In this document: positions 36,270-50,308 of the stretch, one piece after another
How positions within the stretch are numbered: position 1 is the stretch's first letter
Layout: every line of letters starts with the position of its first letter
Assembly: GCA_951406725.2 (NCBI GenBank)
Contig: OX597824.1
Span: 99,572,001-99,636,000 of the forward strand
DNA length: 64,000 bases
Direction: 5' to 3'
Origin: Octopus vulgaris
Lineage: Eukaryota
Position numbers and translations under genes: made by a program
The notes under the pieces: generated by a model
What the model saw: only the letters and a program-made list of their open reading frames with translations
Told to the model about the DNA's origin: nothing
The model's database searches: none

Positions 36270-36393
36270 TCTCGTGTTAAGGTCCTCTCTACAGATTTTC
36301 TACAGAAATTATAACCAGCACTGATTTTGTTAGGAAAATCAGTGTTAGCTATAATTTCTCTAGAAAATATGTAGAGATGACCTTAACATGTGA
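36270..36393. repeat. Hairpin palindrome, about 58-nt arms with 6-nt loop
   Basis: gtgttaaggtc...cactgatttt-gttagg-aaaatcagtg...gaccttaacat. Confidence 0.8.
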
Positions 36394-36819
36394 TTTAAAT
36401 GCACTACTAACACAATAGTATTGACTTATATAAATGCTTAATATATTTTATAACATGTGGTTGCATAAAAAAATACTGTATGGCTACAAGTCATAGATAT
36501 TCCTATATTAACAGAGCGAACTTACAGAGTACAGCAGTTCCTGGGTATTTGGGATTACTTCATAATGTTGGCAGATCTTGTTTACAAACATATATGCAAC
36601 CAGTAGTGAAACTATATATGCATTGGGTAGATCTGGCCTCGGTCTTCAGGGCGGAGAGATAAATATCCATCATTTCAAATCAGAATGCAGTCTTTGCTTT
36701 CTCCCTATTTACATGTATGTATATTTTGTATATCTAACCCAAGCAGTTTTGTTTATTTGCATCATTATCTCCATATCTGCTCACCTGAATTCCTCTTACA
36801 GCCACTCTTTACCCTGTGG

Positions 36820-38660
36820 ACTTGGTCTGTTACAATGGCAAAGAGTGTCTGTAGACTCTCTCCAAGCAACACACATTTGTCCAGAAAAGAGATGGAAAAA
36901 TTGCTTCTGGTGATCAGTGAGAAGCAACTCATAGGGGATATGATTACGGAGACCATCATCTGTGAGAAAGCACAAGAGCTGTAGGGGGATCTCTTGATGC
37001 AGAACTCTGGAACATTGACAGAGGAGGAGACATTTAAGGCCAGTCACGCCTGTTTCAATAATTTCAAGAAGAGGACTAGTCTTCATAGCATCGTCATGTA
37101 TGGAGAAGCAGTGAGTTCTGACATGAAGGCGATTGAGGCTTTTGTGTGTGAATTCCTTCAGCTCATTGCAGCCAAGGGGTGCATTGCACAACTATTGATG
37201 AAACTGGCCTTTTTGGGGGGGGAAAAATGCGCTGAGGAACCTACATAACTGCAGAGGAGAAGAAAATGTCAGGCCACAAGTCTATGAAAGATAGGCTAAC
37301 TCTCATCCTTTGTGCCAATGTGAGTGGGGTCCTGAAGATTAAGCTGCTCTTTGCCTACCATTCTGAAAACCTATGAGTGTTCAAGTTGCACAAAATCCTG
37401 AAGGAGAAGCTGCAGGTCATGTGGAGAGCAAATGTTAAAGCCTGGTTCAGCAGGCAGTTCTTCAGCATGTGAGTCAACCTTATCTTCAGACCAGCAGTGA
37501 AGAAGCACCTACTGGAGAATATTCTTCTCTTCCTTGACAGTGCTCCTGCTCACCCTCCTAAATTTGAAGATGATATCCCGACTGAATTAAAATTCATTAA
37601 AGTTCTGTGTTTTCCATGCAACACCACTCCTGCCTTGCAGCCCGTGGACCAAAAAGTGGGTTTCTAATTTTAAGAAATTGTACACCAAACACCTGTTTCA
37701 TTGGTGCTTTGAAGTCATTGGAAATACAAATTTAACAATTTGTGAGTTTTGGAAGGAGCATTACAACATTGTAAATTGCCTGAAAATCATCAATATGGTC
37801 TGGCAGGGTGTAATGAGAATACTTACTTCTGCATAGAGGAAACTGTGGCCTGACTGCATATCCAAAAGAGACTTTGAGGGGTTTGAGTTGGAGACACCTT
37901 TAGTTGAAGAGATAGTGACTCTTGCCAAGTCCATGGGCCTCGAGGTTGAAGATGGGGACATTTAACAATCTCATTGAGGAACGCTCAGAGGGGCTGATGA
38001 CAGATGAACTCCTGCAGCTTCAGGAGCAGCAGCATTCGGATGTGGTGTAAGAGATTGGTTCTCAGCAGTGTAGCAGAGAAGGCAGTGTTGGCAAAGGGGT
38101 AGTATGTTTCTAAAAATATCATCCCAAGAAAGCATCTACAGGTTGTGCAGCAGCTTTATTTAACCACCCTGCTCTGGGGGCATTTTGGTAACATTTTGAA
38201 AGGCAGGAAAAAGCAGACATCTCTTGATATGTTTTCTAATGAAATGACTTGCAAGTGTGAAAAGTGAAGAAAGGGTGTCCAAAAAGCCTAAATTAAGCAA
38301 AGTGAGAGAGAAAATTCCAGAAATTGTTCTTCCTGAAGTTTTAATGGAAGAAGATTCTCCTTCCAAACAATAACCCTCCCCCTCTCTGCTCCATTGTCTT
38401 CATTGCACACACACCATCTCACCTTTAAGGTCCTTAAATTAATAAAACCAGTTTACATATTTCTTTTGCATTCTCTTTTATGTTTTATAATTGTCATTTT
38501 CCTTATAACTGCACCTTTTCTGTTTTAAAACCCATAAAAAATGATTTTTGGATGGTTTGTGGGGCTTAGAACGGATTATATTCTAATGAATTTCAATGAG
38601 GAAAATTGACTTGTAAAACAAGCTTGTTCGTGGAATGAATTATTCTGCGAGATATCACTA
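36820..38660 (+). mobile_element. Degenerate Tigger/pogo DNA transposon
   Basis: MEKLLLV...IICEKA, FKASHACFNNFKKR...GEAVSSD, DETGLF, KDRLTLILCAN, LDSAPAHP, LQPVDQ; many stops. Confidence 0.9.
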
Positions 38661-38817
38661 TATATATATACACACACACACATGTTATTATTATTATTAT
38701 TATTATTATTTAATTTAGGTATAGTGATGCTAATAATGTGGTGCTAGAACTCAATATATCTCTATGTGCTTCAGAACAAAGTCTCCGTCAAGTACAGAAC
38801 AGAAACAAGAAATTAAA

Positions 38818-39190
38818 GAGACAAGAAAATTTATGTCATAAACTTCATTAGCTTACAGCTGTTTCTGCTATAAAATGTAATGCACTCCTAGTTGCATACT
38901 TGTAAATCACCCTATAATTTCGTCAGAGCCTCAAACATGAAGTGTAATTCTCTTTGGAAAACCATTTGCATGTAAATACAAAAGAAGCATTACCGAAGAA
39001 GAAACAAACGTATGTAGGAATTGAATTCAGGAGTTTGAAGGGGTCCCAAATAATATTGCACTTCATGTTTGAAACTCCAATGAAGTTTTAGGGTGATCCA
39101 CAAGCATGCAGCTATGAGTGCATTGCATTTTACAGCAGAAACAGCTCTAAGCTTATGAAATTCATAACATTTTTTTGTCATTTTAATTTC
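38818..39190. mobile_element. Fold-back element made of two inverted pLTR-like arms
   Basis: 38818-38945 is an imperfect reverse complement of 39058-39190; the right arm has a degenerate core (CCAAUGA...GAAACAGCUCUA). Confidence 0.65.
38842..38943 (-). ncRNA. Minimal type-I hammerhead ribozyme-like motif, best-preserved copy
   Basis: CUGACGA (38926-38920), GAAAC-AGCU-GUA (38865-38854) with palindromic loop III; stem I GGCU/AGCU plus ACUUCAU/AUGAAGU. Confidence 0.62.
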
Positions 39191-42100
39191 TTACATATCC
39201 AGTCGGCCCCTCTGCTAAAGAATCTATTCCTTAACCTCATTCATTACTACATTGATACCATCATCTGAGAAATGGTGATATGTCCTTACAATGTCTGTAA
39301 GCTCACACAAGACAAAACCTCTTCATAATCTTTTTTATCAATATGTTTTTTTTTTTTCATTTTCATCCTCTTCTGTCTCACATCTCAGTCTTTATTGTGA
39401 GGATTCAAGTGGATCTCCTTTAGGTTGTCCTCTTCTTTCTCCTTGACAGCAACTCCATAGAATGAAAGCTCTTTTTGTCATATGGCACCATGTCCGTGGT
39501 CAGTACGTTGTCGTGTTAATTTGTAATTTACTTGTTAATCAAGGACTTTGTTAATTTTAAATGAAAAACTATCAGCACAACTAATCTACACATTTTAATG
39601 GTGAAGGTATCTAAGATATAAATTTTATCATTTACTGATTAGTGATATTAAAAGAAAAAAGAAATGATTTTAAAAAAATCTATTTTTATGTCTCTAGTCA
39701 GAAATATTATGAGACATGTGACTCGGTGTCACATTGTCCTGTTTGTGAGAATACACTGACACAATTTTCATTTAGTAGATTTAAAATATAAAAATAACTT
39801 AGTCATTAGATATTCTTTTGATAATCAACTCAACTCAGTACATTCGTATTAAACGATTGACAGTTAATTAATGTGTGACAAACTGGATGAGTGGGATGGG
39901 AGAAACTCTCACCTTTTCATTTTGTTTTGATGGAATGATGTAAATAGCAATGAAATCTTTCCTAAAACAATTGGTAATGAAAATATTTTCACATAGAAAT
40001 TTCTAAACTAGATGTGCATGTCATAAAGACATGTGTTGGAAATCATCTGAATTTTCTGACATATTTGAAGTTTTTTGTGTTTTTTTTAATCAAAGCAGGA
40101 CTTTACTTCAAATCATAGGATTCTCTTCATACTGAATAATTTCACCTTTTACCTCTGCAGACAAGAAACAAGTTTTGTTGGACTTTTGTCCTGTCACTAT
40201 CCACTGAAAGTTTAGTTAACTAAAGTTAATGAGGAACTTCTGGAGGTTATGATGTCTCTAATACAGACTTTCCTCATTGCTTACCGAACCTCTTCTCTGT
40301 CTAGCAGACTTTATAGGGTTACACTGTTTCTATAGGTGCACTCTTATTGGTTACTATCTGTTGGTGTACCATTTCCTTCTTGCTCCTTTTGGAGTTTATA
40401 TCCAAAAAGCAGAGGTAGGAGGAGGAGTGAACTGTGGCTGTTGATGAAAGAAGTTCTTTGGAAAGTGGAGAACAATGAGAAATGTCTGATATAATGGTTG
40501 TGTAACAATAACTTGTCTAAAACATAGGGGACAAGTGAGCTGAAATAGCGAGCAGGTATTAAAAGGCATCAATTAATCTCATCATTGTTTCACTGTTCTC
40601 TTTTCTAGGTTGCATGGGTTAGACAAAGTTTGTTGAGGCAGATTTTCTATAGACAGATGTGCTTTCTGTTGCCATGTATTTCAACCTGTTTCTAAGTAAG
40701 GTAATATTCCCCATGGCCAGACATGTTTTCATGGAAGACTGAACCAATGACACTGCTTGTATGATAGTGGCACTTGTTTACAACTATCCTGCAATCTCAA
40801 GACAAAGGGACACACTCATATATGCATACGTGAATGAGTGACTGGAGGCCAGTTGCATTAGTGTGCACATGTGAATGAGTCTCATTGACTGGCATCTGTT
40901 AATACTGGGAAGAAGATCAGGAATAAAATGGTTTGGCTTCACAAAATCAAGATGATGAAGCCTTCACTGATTCTTGCCAGTTTGGAGAAGTTCACATTGA
41001 AAACAATCACTGTGAGCAGTTATTTTATAGAAATGGAATATTTAGATTACACTTCATAAGGTCAATGGTTTTCTGAATAACTTTCAGCAGATAACTCTCC
41101 TCCTTGGTCAGGAAGCTGCTTTAATGTAACTTTGTAAGAAAATTTTTTTTATTTGTTTTGTAATATTAGGTAAAGCAAAATTCTTGATATAGTCTTGCTA
41201 AGTGTTTTGCTCAGTCTGTTAACAATTCTGCTTCTTAAAAAAAGTTCATTATCAAATTGTATTTAAACAACACTGTAAAGAAAGTCCAGCCATGATGTGA
41301 CTTTCAGAGAAACATTCAAACAATGGTCAATAAATAATGAAGGTTAAACTTAGATTGTTAAATCTGTTTTCTGCAACAGCCATAAAAGAAATTCCAGCAA
41401 TCCCCGTGGGGTGGGGGTGGGGGGGGGGGCAGGGACAATCAATAAAATTACAACCAGTTTCCCCCAATGTCAACTTTATACAAAATTACTAAACCACTCC
41501 TCTTTTACTTGTGAAATGTTATTGTTTCTAAAGAAATTTATTGCTGTCGTCATAGAAACAGGATTTCTGGTGTGAACCACTTTATGTCTTTCTATTGACC
41601 TCAACACTTTTCTAGGACTGACAACTTTGTGCTTTTCATTACAAACATACTTTCTTATCTTTATTTGACTTTTTCAATATTTCTTACATTCACAATATCA
41701 TCATCATCATCATTCCATGTTCTTTTTCCATGCTAGCATGGAGTGAATAGTTTAACAGGTTACAATGGGTCACATCTGCTCCAGTGCCTCATTTCTGATG
41801 GGGTTTCTATAACTGGGTTCCCTTCCTAACACCAACCACTTTACACTTTATGTGTTGGGTACATATTTTTGTGGTAGCAACACTGTTGGTAGTCCCGGCT
41901 TGCAACACACAAGATCCTCCTGCACCACCACCACCACCACCCCACTTCATGGATGGCAAAGATTGCAAGAGGATTGTAATGGAGAGACTAACAGAGATAA
42001 CTGTGTTGGAGGGGAATAGGGTGGGTTAAGATGGACTGGGACAGTCTGCTTGGCATCAGGGGTGATGTTGCATCCCCTCTAACAAAATGTCTGGCTGTGG

Positions 42101-44277
42101 TTTGTTGTACGAAAACCAAGAATAAAATGAACTAAAATTTAACGGTTGGCACCAGGAAGGATATCTTGTAGAGTGCTTCCTTAAAGTCTCGTCCCGTCTA
42201 CACCAGCATGGCAAAGATAACGATATGTGTGCATATATGTACACTCAGTGTTATCTGCTTGTATAGACACTTAATTATAACAATAGAGAGAAATAGGTCA
42301 TGAAAGGCAAACGGTATCGTCATTGTTTAAGTTGACCAAATCTGCCAGAAATCATTCTGCAGTTTTAAGAAAGCAAGGACACATTACGTAATAAAGTTAT
42401 TTCATAATGATAACAGCCTAACTCAGGCTCACCACCACCATATCTACAGTGGACACTCCTTATTATAAATAAGTTCAATTATATACTGCAAGTGTGTAAA
42501 TTCTATTCTTATTAGTAAAGAATGCCAATTACTGATGAAATGTTTAACTGACTTTAATTAAAAAATTCCTGGCTTCACCAATCTTTCTCAGACTTCAAGT
42601 ACACACTTTGTTTAAATACAATTATATACTTCTTTGGCTGAGAGAGGTGGAGTTCACACTCAATGAGATTAATGACATATTAAATATTCTGTCAAGAGTT
42701 TGCCTTGTACACGCAGTGTCAAGGTGCTCCATGTGTGCGTGTGTGTGTGTTCATACACACACACATGCTGTGAACACAAAAGCTGAGGCCTGACCAGTAT
42801 TTTTTTCTTAAAGTCTTTATCTTCAGTGATGTCTTAAGTAGAAGGGACCAGAAAGTTGAGTCTTGAGGGAATAAGAACAACTTCCAAGGCCCCTACCTCG
42901 CTGCAATTGTGTGTGTGTGTGTGTGTGTGCATGCTTAGCAAGGTCTACTTTTTAAAATTGTTCTCTTTCATGATAATTTATACCTCTTGCACTTTGATTT
43001 TATATTTGAGATTTAAAACATTTACTGTCTTCATTCTCACCACCACCACCATAAGATGTAACCAAAGACACAGTCTTCAGTAATATAACAGCTCTAGTAA
43101 GAAATAGATTTCATTTATGTAAAACTCTTCCCCTCTGCCTCCAAAATTTAGATTTCCTACATAGCATCATGATTACCATCTTTTTTACATCAATTTGCTA
43201 TGCTGACATGTTTTACATGGGTTGCCACAATCGGACTCAGCAGAAATATGAAAACTCTCCATGCTTAATTGGTTTGGAGGACCACATCTTGCTCATGTGT
43301 TTCAATTGTGATTCGGTTTCTCTGGCTGAAGGTCCTTCCCAACCACTTTGCACCTAAGTAAACTGGGTATATTTTTTCCTTGGTTCCAGCTCTAGAGCAG
43401 TAGTCTTGTTGACAAGACTAAAGGGTCCTCTTGATATCATGTCTTGTCTTGTCTTTACAGAGTGATAGAGGCATGGATGGTAGATGAATGATAAGAGAGA
43501 GAGAGAAGAGATAGCAGTACACACTATTCTGTGCTGTATTATCTACTTTGAAGATAATGTGACCCAGGAGGTAATAATGCTAGAGGATATGAAGCGGAAA
43601 GAAGCAAGAGTATATTGGTGAACACTGACTGTTTGATGGTGACTGTCAATATAGGAAAGGAGGGCAAAGATAGAATGGACTCGGTACAATAGGTCTGATG
43701 TGTTTTGTCCAGTTTTACATTTGTTTTTCCGATGATGATGATGATGATCTTGACATTGCTTAGGTCTGTCATGGGCTAGCTTCACCCTAGAGGTAATTTG
43801 TGATTCATACTACTTTCTGAATGGCAAACCAATTTTTTTTAGCAGTGAAGCCCACTTCTTGAAAAGGGTTACCCATATCTGGTTTAGATAAAAGTTGTTG
43901 GAGCTCATTTTCTATGGCCAGATGCTTTTCTTTGTAAGACCAACACACACACACGCGTGCAATGTTCATCCCACCTGCTAGAAGTAGCAGCCATACCAAA
44001 CAAGTTGCTCCTTTTCACACTGAAACCAATTTAAACAAGTTCAGACACAAAATATGAGGTGATTTGCCCAAATGACACCAACACAATCACTGACAGTCCT
44101 CTTGTGACAGATTTCTATAAAAGACACACACATACAGGCACACACATATTAGTTTACATACATCTATGCATACCTACACACACACACACACAAAGTGCTC
44201 CAGGCAAACCCAATCTGTCAAATGAGATTGTTGTTCTGTAATTTCATTTTCCTTGGGTTATTTATCTCTTTACTAAC

Positions 44278-44326
<49 letters not shown>

Positions 44327-45136
44327 TGTATACAGAAGTGTGACAAGCATATGTTCATGCTTCTGTGTTTGGAAGCTGTTATGAATGTAAAAATGTCAAA
44401 AAATAAAAACTAAACAAAAGAAAGCAAATAGAAAAAATGAAAAAGAAAATTTTAAAAAGTAAAACAAGAATTAAAATAACCTGAAGGATTGGCAGAACTG
44501 AGACGGTTTAAAGGGAAGGACATTGGAAGGATAATCTAGAAAAATGGCCTGGAACATAAAATGAAGTGGGAAGAAGAGAAAAAGGCAGATGGAACAAGTA
44601 CCTCCCACTCTATTTGTACATGGGGTATGCTACTTTACTGTTATGTTTTCGTTCAGCAGATGCCTCTAAGTATTTCCCCGGTTATATAAACATTGTTGAA
44701 TGAACAACCAGTCAAAACTGTCAGTAAAATATGAACTGAAAATTTCACCAAGATCAACTTTCCATTTCATTCTTCCAGATTTGGTAAAATTAAGGACATG
44801 TCAAACATTGATGGTATTTAAATTGATTCTTTCATCCCTCAAAAATTATGGTTCTGTGTCATTTAAAAATTATGTTTATATATAATTTTGGTTGACATAG
44901 TTTTTTTGTAAACTTCTGATCTTATCTATCTTCCTCTTCAAATCTTGTATATCCTCCTCCAATCTTATCTTTCCTTCTCTGTTTCCATACAGTCTACAAC
45001 ATCAGAGCTGCTATCTCTTCAACACTATCCACTCTACTCTCACCACAGTCCCTTGCTATAGCAGGGACAACAGTTTATAAAGGTCTATTTGATTGTATTC
45101 TCAATATAAAACTCTGTAAATATCTCTTTCAAACAA

Positions 45137-45330
45137 TCATCATTATCATCATCATCGTTTAATGTCCGTTTTCCATGCTAGCATGGGTTGGACGGTTCGA
45201 CTGGGGTCTGGGAAGCCAGAATGCTGCGCCAGGCTCCAGTCTGATCTGACTGTGTTTCTACAGCTGGATGCCCTTCCTAACGCCAACCACTCTGAGTGTA
45301 GTGGGTGCTTTTTACGTGCCACCGGCATGG
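45137..45330 (-). mobile_element. RTE-tail/SINE repeat copy
   Basis: catcatcgtttaatgtccgttttccatgctagcatgggttggacggttcgactgggg... Confidence 0.8.
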
Positions 45331-46164
45331 TCAGGTTCTATAGATTATATTTTTGTGATTCAAAGCTGTTGTCAGTGGTCAGATTTGATTTCTTTTTTTA
45401 AGAATGTCCAGTCAGAATTAATACCAGCTGAAAAAGTCTACATTTTTGGAATTAATGCCATTATTTATTGCAGAGGGTGGGGTTTAAAAGAGAGCAATGC
45501 ATGGTCGTTATTTTCTCTTGTAGATGTGTTCCTGAAGAATCTGTTTTCTTGAGTGGAATCTCTACTAGCAGATTCAAGGAATATGTTACAACTTTCACTG
45601 AGGTCATCTTCATTTGATCTAATAGCATGGAGAAAGAAATGAAAACCACACATTTTTCTCTATTAAAACCTTTGCACTTTGTGTTATTTAACATCGGGTC
45701 AACCATGAACGAGCAGACCTTGGATCAAGGTCTACAGTGTGTAAGTATTCCTTTACCAACACATATCACATACTGTGATTGGGGGATATTTGGCTGGAGT
45801 TTCTAGTGGGTTGAATTCCCCCATTAACTATTTTACCTATATAGCAAATTATTTTCCTCGTTAGCAAAATCAGTAAATTGGCAGACTTCTCTTTACTTCA
45901 GATACTTTATATCCACAGTTTGAATCAAGTACTAGTCATATACTGGGGTTGATCTTGTTGACTTTCTCTCACCACAAAATTTGAGGTTGTATGTCTGTTA
46001 GGAATAATCCTTGTCAGGTAACCAACTTCTGCTGCTATGGCCATGTTGTTGGAATATTTTTTAATGGACACAACACAAACATACCTGTACATTGGCATCT
46101 AAACTCACAAATAAATTTAAGTAAGTACACCTTCATATGAACAAGCATTTATGTATGTTTACAT

Positions 46165-46202
<38 letters not shown>

Positions 46203-46680
46203 TCACTGTAATCCACAGAGAAGAGAAATGAATCTCAGTGCTGATTGCTAGGCATTATTTGTGTCTGATTTGTAGATTTTGGTATTATTTTCTTAACTGA
46301 ATGTATTGATTGCAACTTAGTTGCTAATGGTTACCAGTTGTACAATCAATGTAAATTTCCAAGTTTGGCACAATTATCAATATTTTGACTAATAATGGTG
46401 TAGTAAGGGGAGTCAGGGTAGATCTGTGACTCCTTTTTAAGACCTTACACATAGGTGAGTGGAAGGGAGCAAATTCTTTTCATACCAAGGTTCATCATCA
46501 TTTAAAGTCCATTTTCTATGCTGGCATGGGTTGGACGGTTTGGGAAATGTTTGCAACCAAATGGACACTGCTTCCCCAGTGGGGGAAGATTTAAACCAGA
46601 GTGTGGGGACAGTTTAGGAACCTAAATGAACGACACCACTTTTACTGCATCAGCTTGACTCACTCTATTGTGTGTGTGTG

Positions 46681-46723
<43 letters not shown>

Positions 46724-46879
46724 ATCCAAATAATAAGATAACTGTATACTTTAACACACCTTTAATGATCAGGTACAATTGTTTCTGTACCATATATCGA
46801 CTCTCAAGAAGACTCATCCTCCACAGCTGCAGAAGTGTTAAGGTTGCATCCCCTGGTGAAGAGGATTGGCCTGCAAGAG

Positions 46880-47133
46880 TCCTGCGCCAGGGTCACGTAA
46901 AAAGCACTGATGCTGGCGCCATATAAAGAGCACTTGTACCCTTGTCACATTAGAAGCACCCGGCACTACACCCTGTAAAACGGTTGGCATCAGAAAGGGC
47001 GTCCAGCCGTAGAAAGCAAGCCAAATCAGACTGGAATCGGGTACAGTTTTCTGTCTTGCCAGCTCTGGTCAGACTGTCCAACCCATGCCAGTATGGAAAA
47101 CAGACGTTAAAGGATGATGATGATGATGATGAT
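46880..47133 (+). mobile_element. RTE-tail/SINE repeat copy, opposite orientation
   Basis: cggttggcatcagaaagggcgtccagccgtagaaa...cagacgttaaaggatgatgatgat. Confidence 0.75.
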
Positions 47134-50100
47134 ACATATATGTAGCTGTGTGTGCATGCACACATACACATGCATTATAGGTTTCCACACAATTTCCATT
47201 CATAAGTTAGTCTTAAGTGGAAAGAGACTTGCTCAAGGAACAGTAGAATGAATCAAGCCAGAACTCTTTGTGAAGCGAAATTCTTAACCACACAGCCATG
47301 TTTGTGCCAGTGATTTAGTCACAGACGATGGATGATAGCCTTTCAATTACAACTATTATTTCTCCACTCCATCAGTAACTGAGTCTGCCTCCACCTTGAT
47401 ATTACTCACTCCCACTCCACCCCAAAACCTAATACTGAGATATTTTCTCTCTCTTGGACATGTTGAAAGAATTCAGCTGCAAATCTTCAAAATTGGTTTG
47501 GAAACAATATTGGTGGCCTTTTTCTCTCAAATTTTCTAAAAGTAGATTATGTAACCTAATTTTATTTTTATTTGACATGCCCTATTATTTTAGTGTTCAG
47601 GGAAATAATTTTGTTGGCAACAGGAAAATAAATATGATGTTGATTCTGATTGATTTTAAAAATCTATCAACATTCGACCTTCCCCTCTGATTTTCTTGCA
47701 TATCTGCTGCAACACTGCGTACAGATTGTCTCTTTAGTATTACTCATTCATATCTCTATGTCTGCTATACTGATTGCAAGGTGGAATCCTTGTGCCCTCA
47801 TTTTAAATAATTTGAGCAAACACGTGATTAGAAAAAACATGCTAAAAGCTAGCTCTCCTCTAATAACACCTGCCATTTATTTGACTCTGAACAGTGAAAT
47901 AATAAAATAAATTCCTTTTGTTTTATTTAGGGAAAAAAAAAAAAACATTCTTTTATACTTGCATGACATTGAACCTTGTGACTGACATTCAAAGAACTCC
48001 TACACCATATAGAAATTTACTCAGACCGTTTATTTTGAATAAAAGGATTAATGATTGAAGGTCTTTTAAACTGGTTCAAGTTTAATCAAAGCCACGTGTC
48101 TTGTGAATGTCTGTTGCCCTCCTTTTTATAGGAGTGCAAGGATGTGATATTTTCTATGGGAAAATCCAATTCCAATTCAGTTTATTGTGTCTCTGAGGAA
48201 ATGTTTATTCAGGAGATTAGATTTCCACCAATAAATATCAAGACCTGTTTGAAATGTTAAGCTGTTTGTTATTTTAGAATTTCTAAAGATTTCCCACTCT
48301 TTATTGTTGACCTTCTCTCAGTATAATGACGTATTTCGTGATTCACAAGAATCTCTCTATTGTTTGTTTCATCGTGTTAATTAGTCATTAATTTAGTCAC
48401 TTTTAATTACTACTTCCACCTTGGAATACAATTAAATTCACATTGACTTGTGTATACTTGTCTAGTTTTCATCCTTCTCATTCTGATCAAGCTGAAGCAG
48501 CTTGCATTAACCTTTTCCTTTGTAGATTAAAGATCAACATTGATTTCTAACAATCCCACAAATTTAAAGGGAGGACGGTGTCTATATTAACCCCAGTATT
48601 TGACTGGTACTTTATCAATCCCACTGGGATTTGAATTCAGAACATAAAGATACCAAAATTAAACATTGCCAAGAATTTTATCACTCTACCAATTCACTGC
48701 CAGTTTGATTGCCACCCACCTTCACCACATTTCAACATGACTGAAAGATAAATATTCCAAAACTGACCACCACCACATGTCTTTGCTTACACATATGTCC
48801 TCACTACATCACGCAATATACAATCTAGGATCAAGACTTAACTGTTGTTCTATTATTTAGGGAACATGTGTGAATTATTTAATTTCTAAACCTATTTTCC
48901 TTTGTCAACCACTGTACAATATACTATATTATGTATTTTTGACTGTATCAGTAATATTTAGTGATACAAGCAACTGTTTGACTGATAAGGTCAGAATAAG
49001 ACCAGAACTTGTCTGGAGTTGTCTCCTATACTTGCTAAAAATAAAAACATTAGTAATTGATTAATGTATTGTCTTTTTTTTACCTCATCACATTATTTTT
49101 CTAAATTATCTTTTTTAAGGCTCCATTTATAAATTTGACATTAATTTTTTCGTCTCCCCATGTATTTCTAGTTAGCTTTGTTACTACTTGTATTAAACAC
49201 TGACGTATTTCTTTATTACTTTCTCTATCGTTCCCTCTCTCCCATTTATTTCTGTAACATTCTTTGCAGGGCTGGATATTAAAACAATTTTTTTGGTTGT
49301 GGATGACAAACTGTTTGTAGCTTAGGGTCTACAAAATCTTAATCTTATACTGTATCAAGTATTAATACTTAATTATCTCCTAATTGCCTCTAGTAATTAG
49401 ATTTGTTTGTTGCTATATTATTGTGTGTGTGTGTGTGTGCTCAGGTTGGTCAATAGAGTTTTGTCAGCTGGAGAATAGACGCATTGCAAAGAGAAATGCA
49501 TCAACAAGCAAAATCTATGAAATTTTGGTTCATACTTTCTACTAAAAGAAGAGTTCATTGCTTTGGCCAAGGTTAGGCGTCCAGACAAGTTTGCATCTGA
49601 TTTTGGTGTTTTGAGCTATTTTCATAAGTTTAAAATGCATGGCATATTGAAAATTCTAAAACTGTCAACTGCATTTGAGTTAGCTCTGTCTTCATGGTGG
49701 GATTGCCACCCTGAACAGTGACATGTATATGGCGACTGAATAACTACCTAACAGTATTTTAGCTCAAAGAGATTGTGGCTTCTCTGCATAATGATCGTCC
49801 AGACTACTGCTGAGATAAAACATCTTGAGAAGCATCCAGCTAGGCTGGAGCATGTGGATGCCATCCTCTTCTCAGGGGTTCTGACTCCTCACAAAGACAG
49901 AGGCTGTGCACACAAAACTATAAAAACACTGTGACAAAAAAGGAAAGAAAAATGAAGCCCAAATTTCGAGCTTGTGCATCAGTCCCTACAGAACAACAAA
50001 TCTTGTCTGAGTGTGTGAATTGTAGACCAACATCAGAATTGGTTAGACAATACTGCAGTTGCTGGGTGGTCAGTGTTGGTAACTGTAGACATATTTGATG

Positions 50101-50235
50101 ATATTACAGTTAAAATGAGTATAATGACCATAATTAGCCATTGGTCAACCTGTGCAGCCATATTCTGTTTTGTCACCCCTGCCCCACTACTTATCTCCAT
50201 CACCGATGATGTCATGTGCTTCTATCTCTTTCCAG

Positions 50236-50308
50236 TTTCAGCCAATCAGATCGCAAGGTTATACAGCAGATTTACCAACCTTGACAAAAACAACAATGGT
50301 GTTCTTTG
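50236..50308 (+). CDS. CHP1: CHP1 coding exon 2
   Basis: tttccag| (F)SANQIARLYSRFTNLDKNNNGVL +TG|gtgagt; 73 nt. Confidence 0.95.

Noticed and set aside
36820-38370. Domesticated TIGD-like gene
   Set aside because: Multiple stops and frameshifts indicate a dead transposon.
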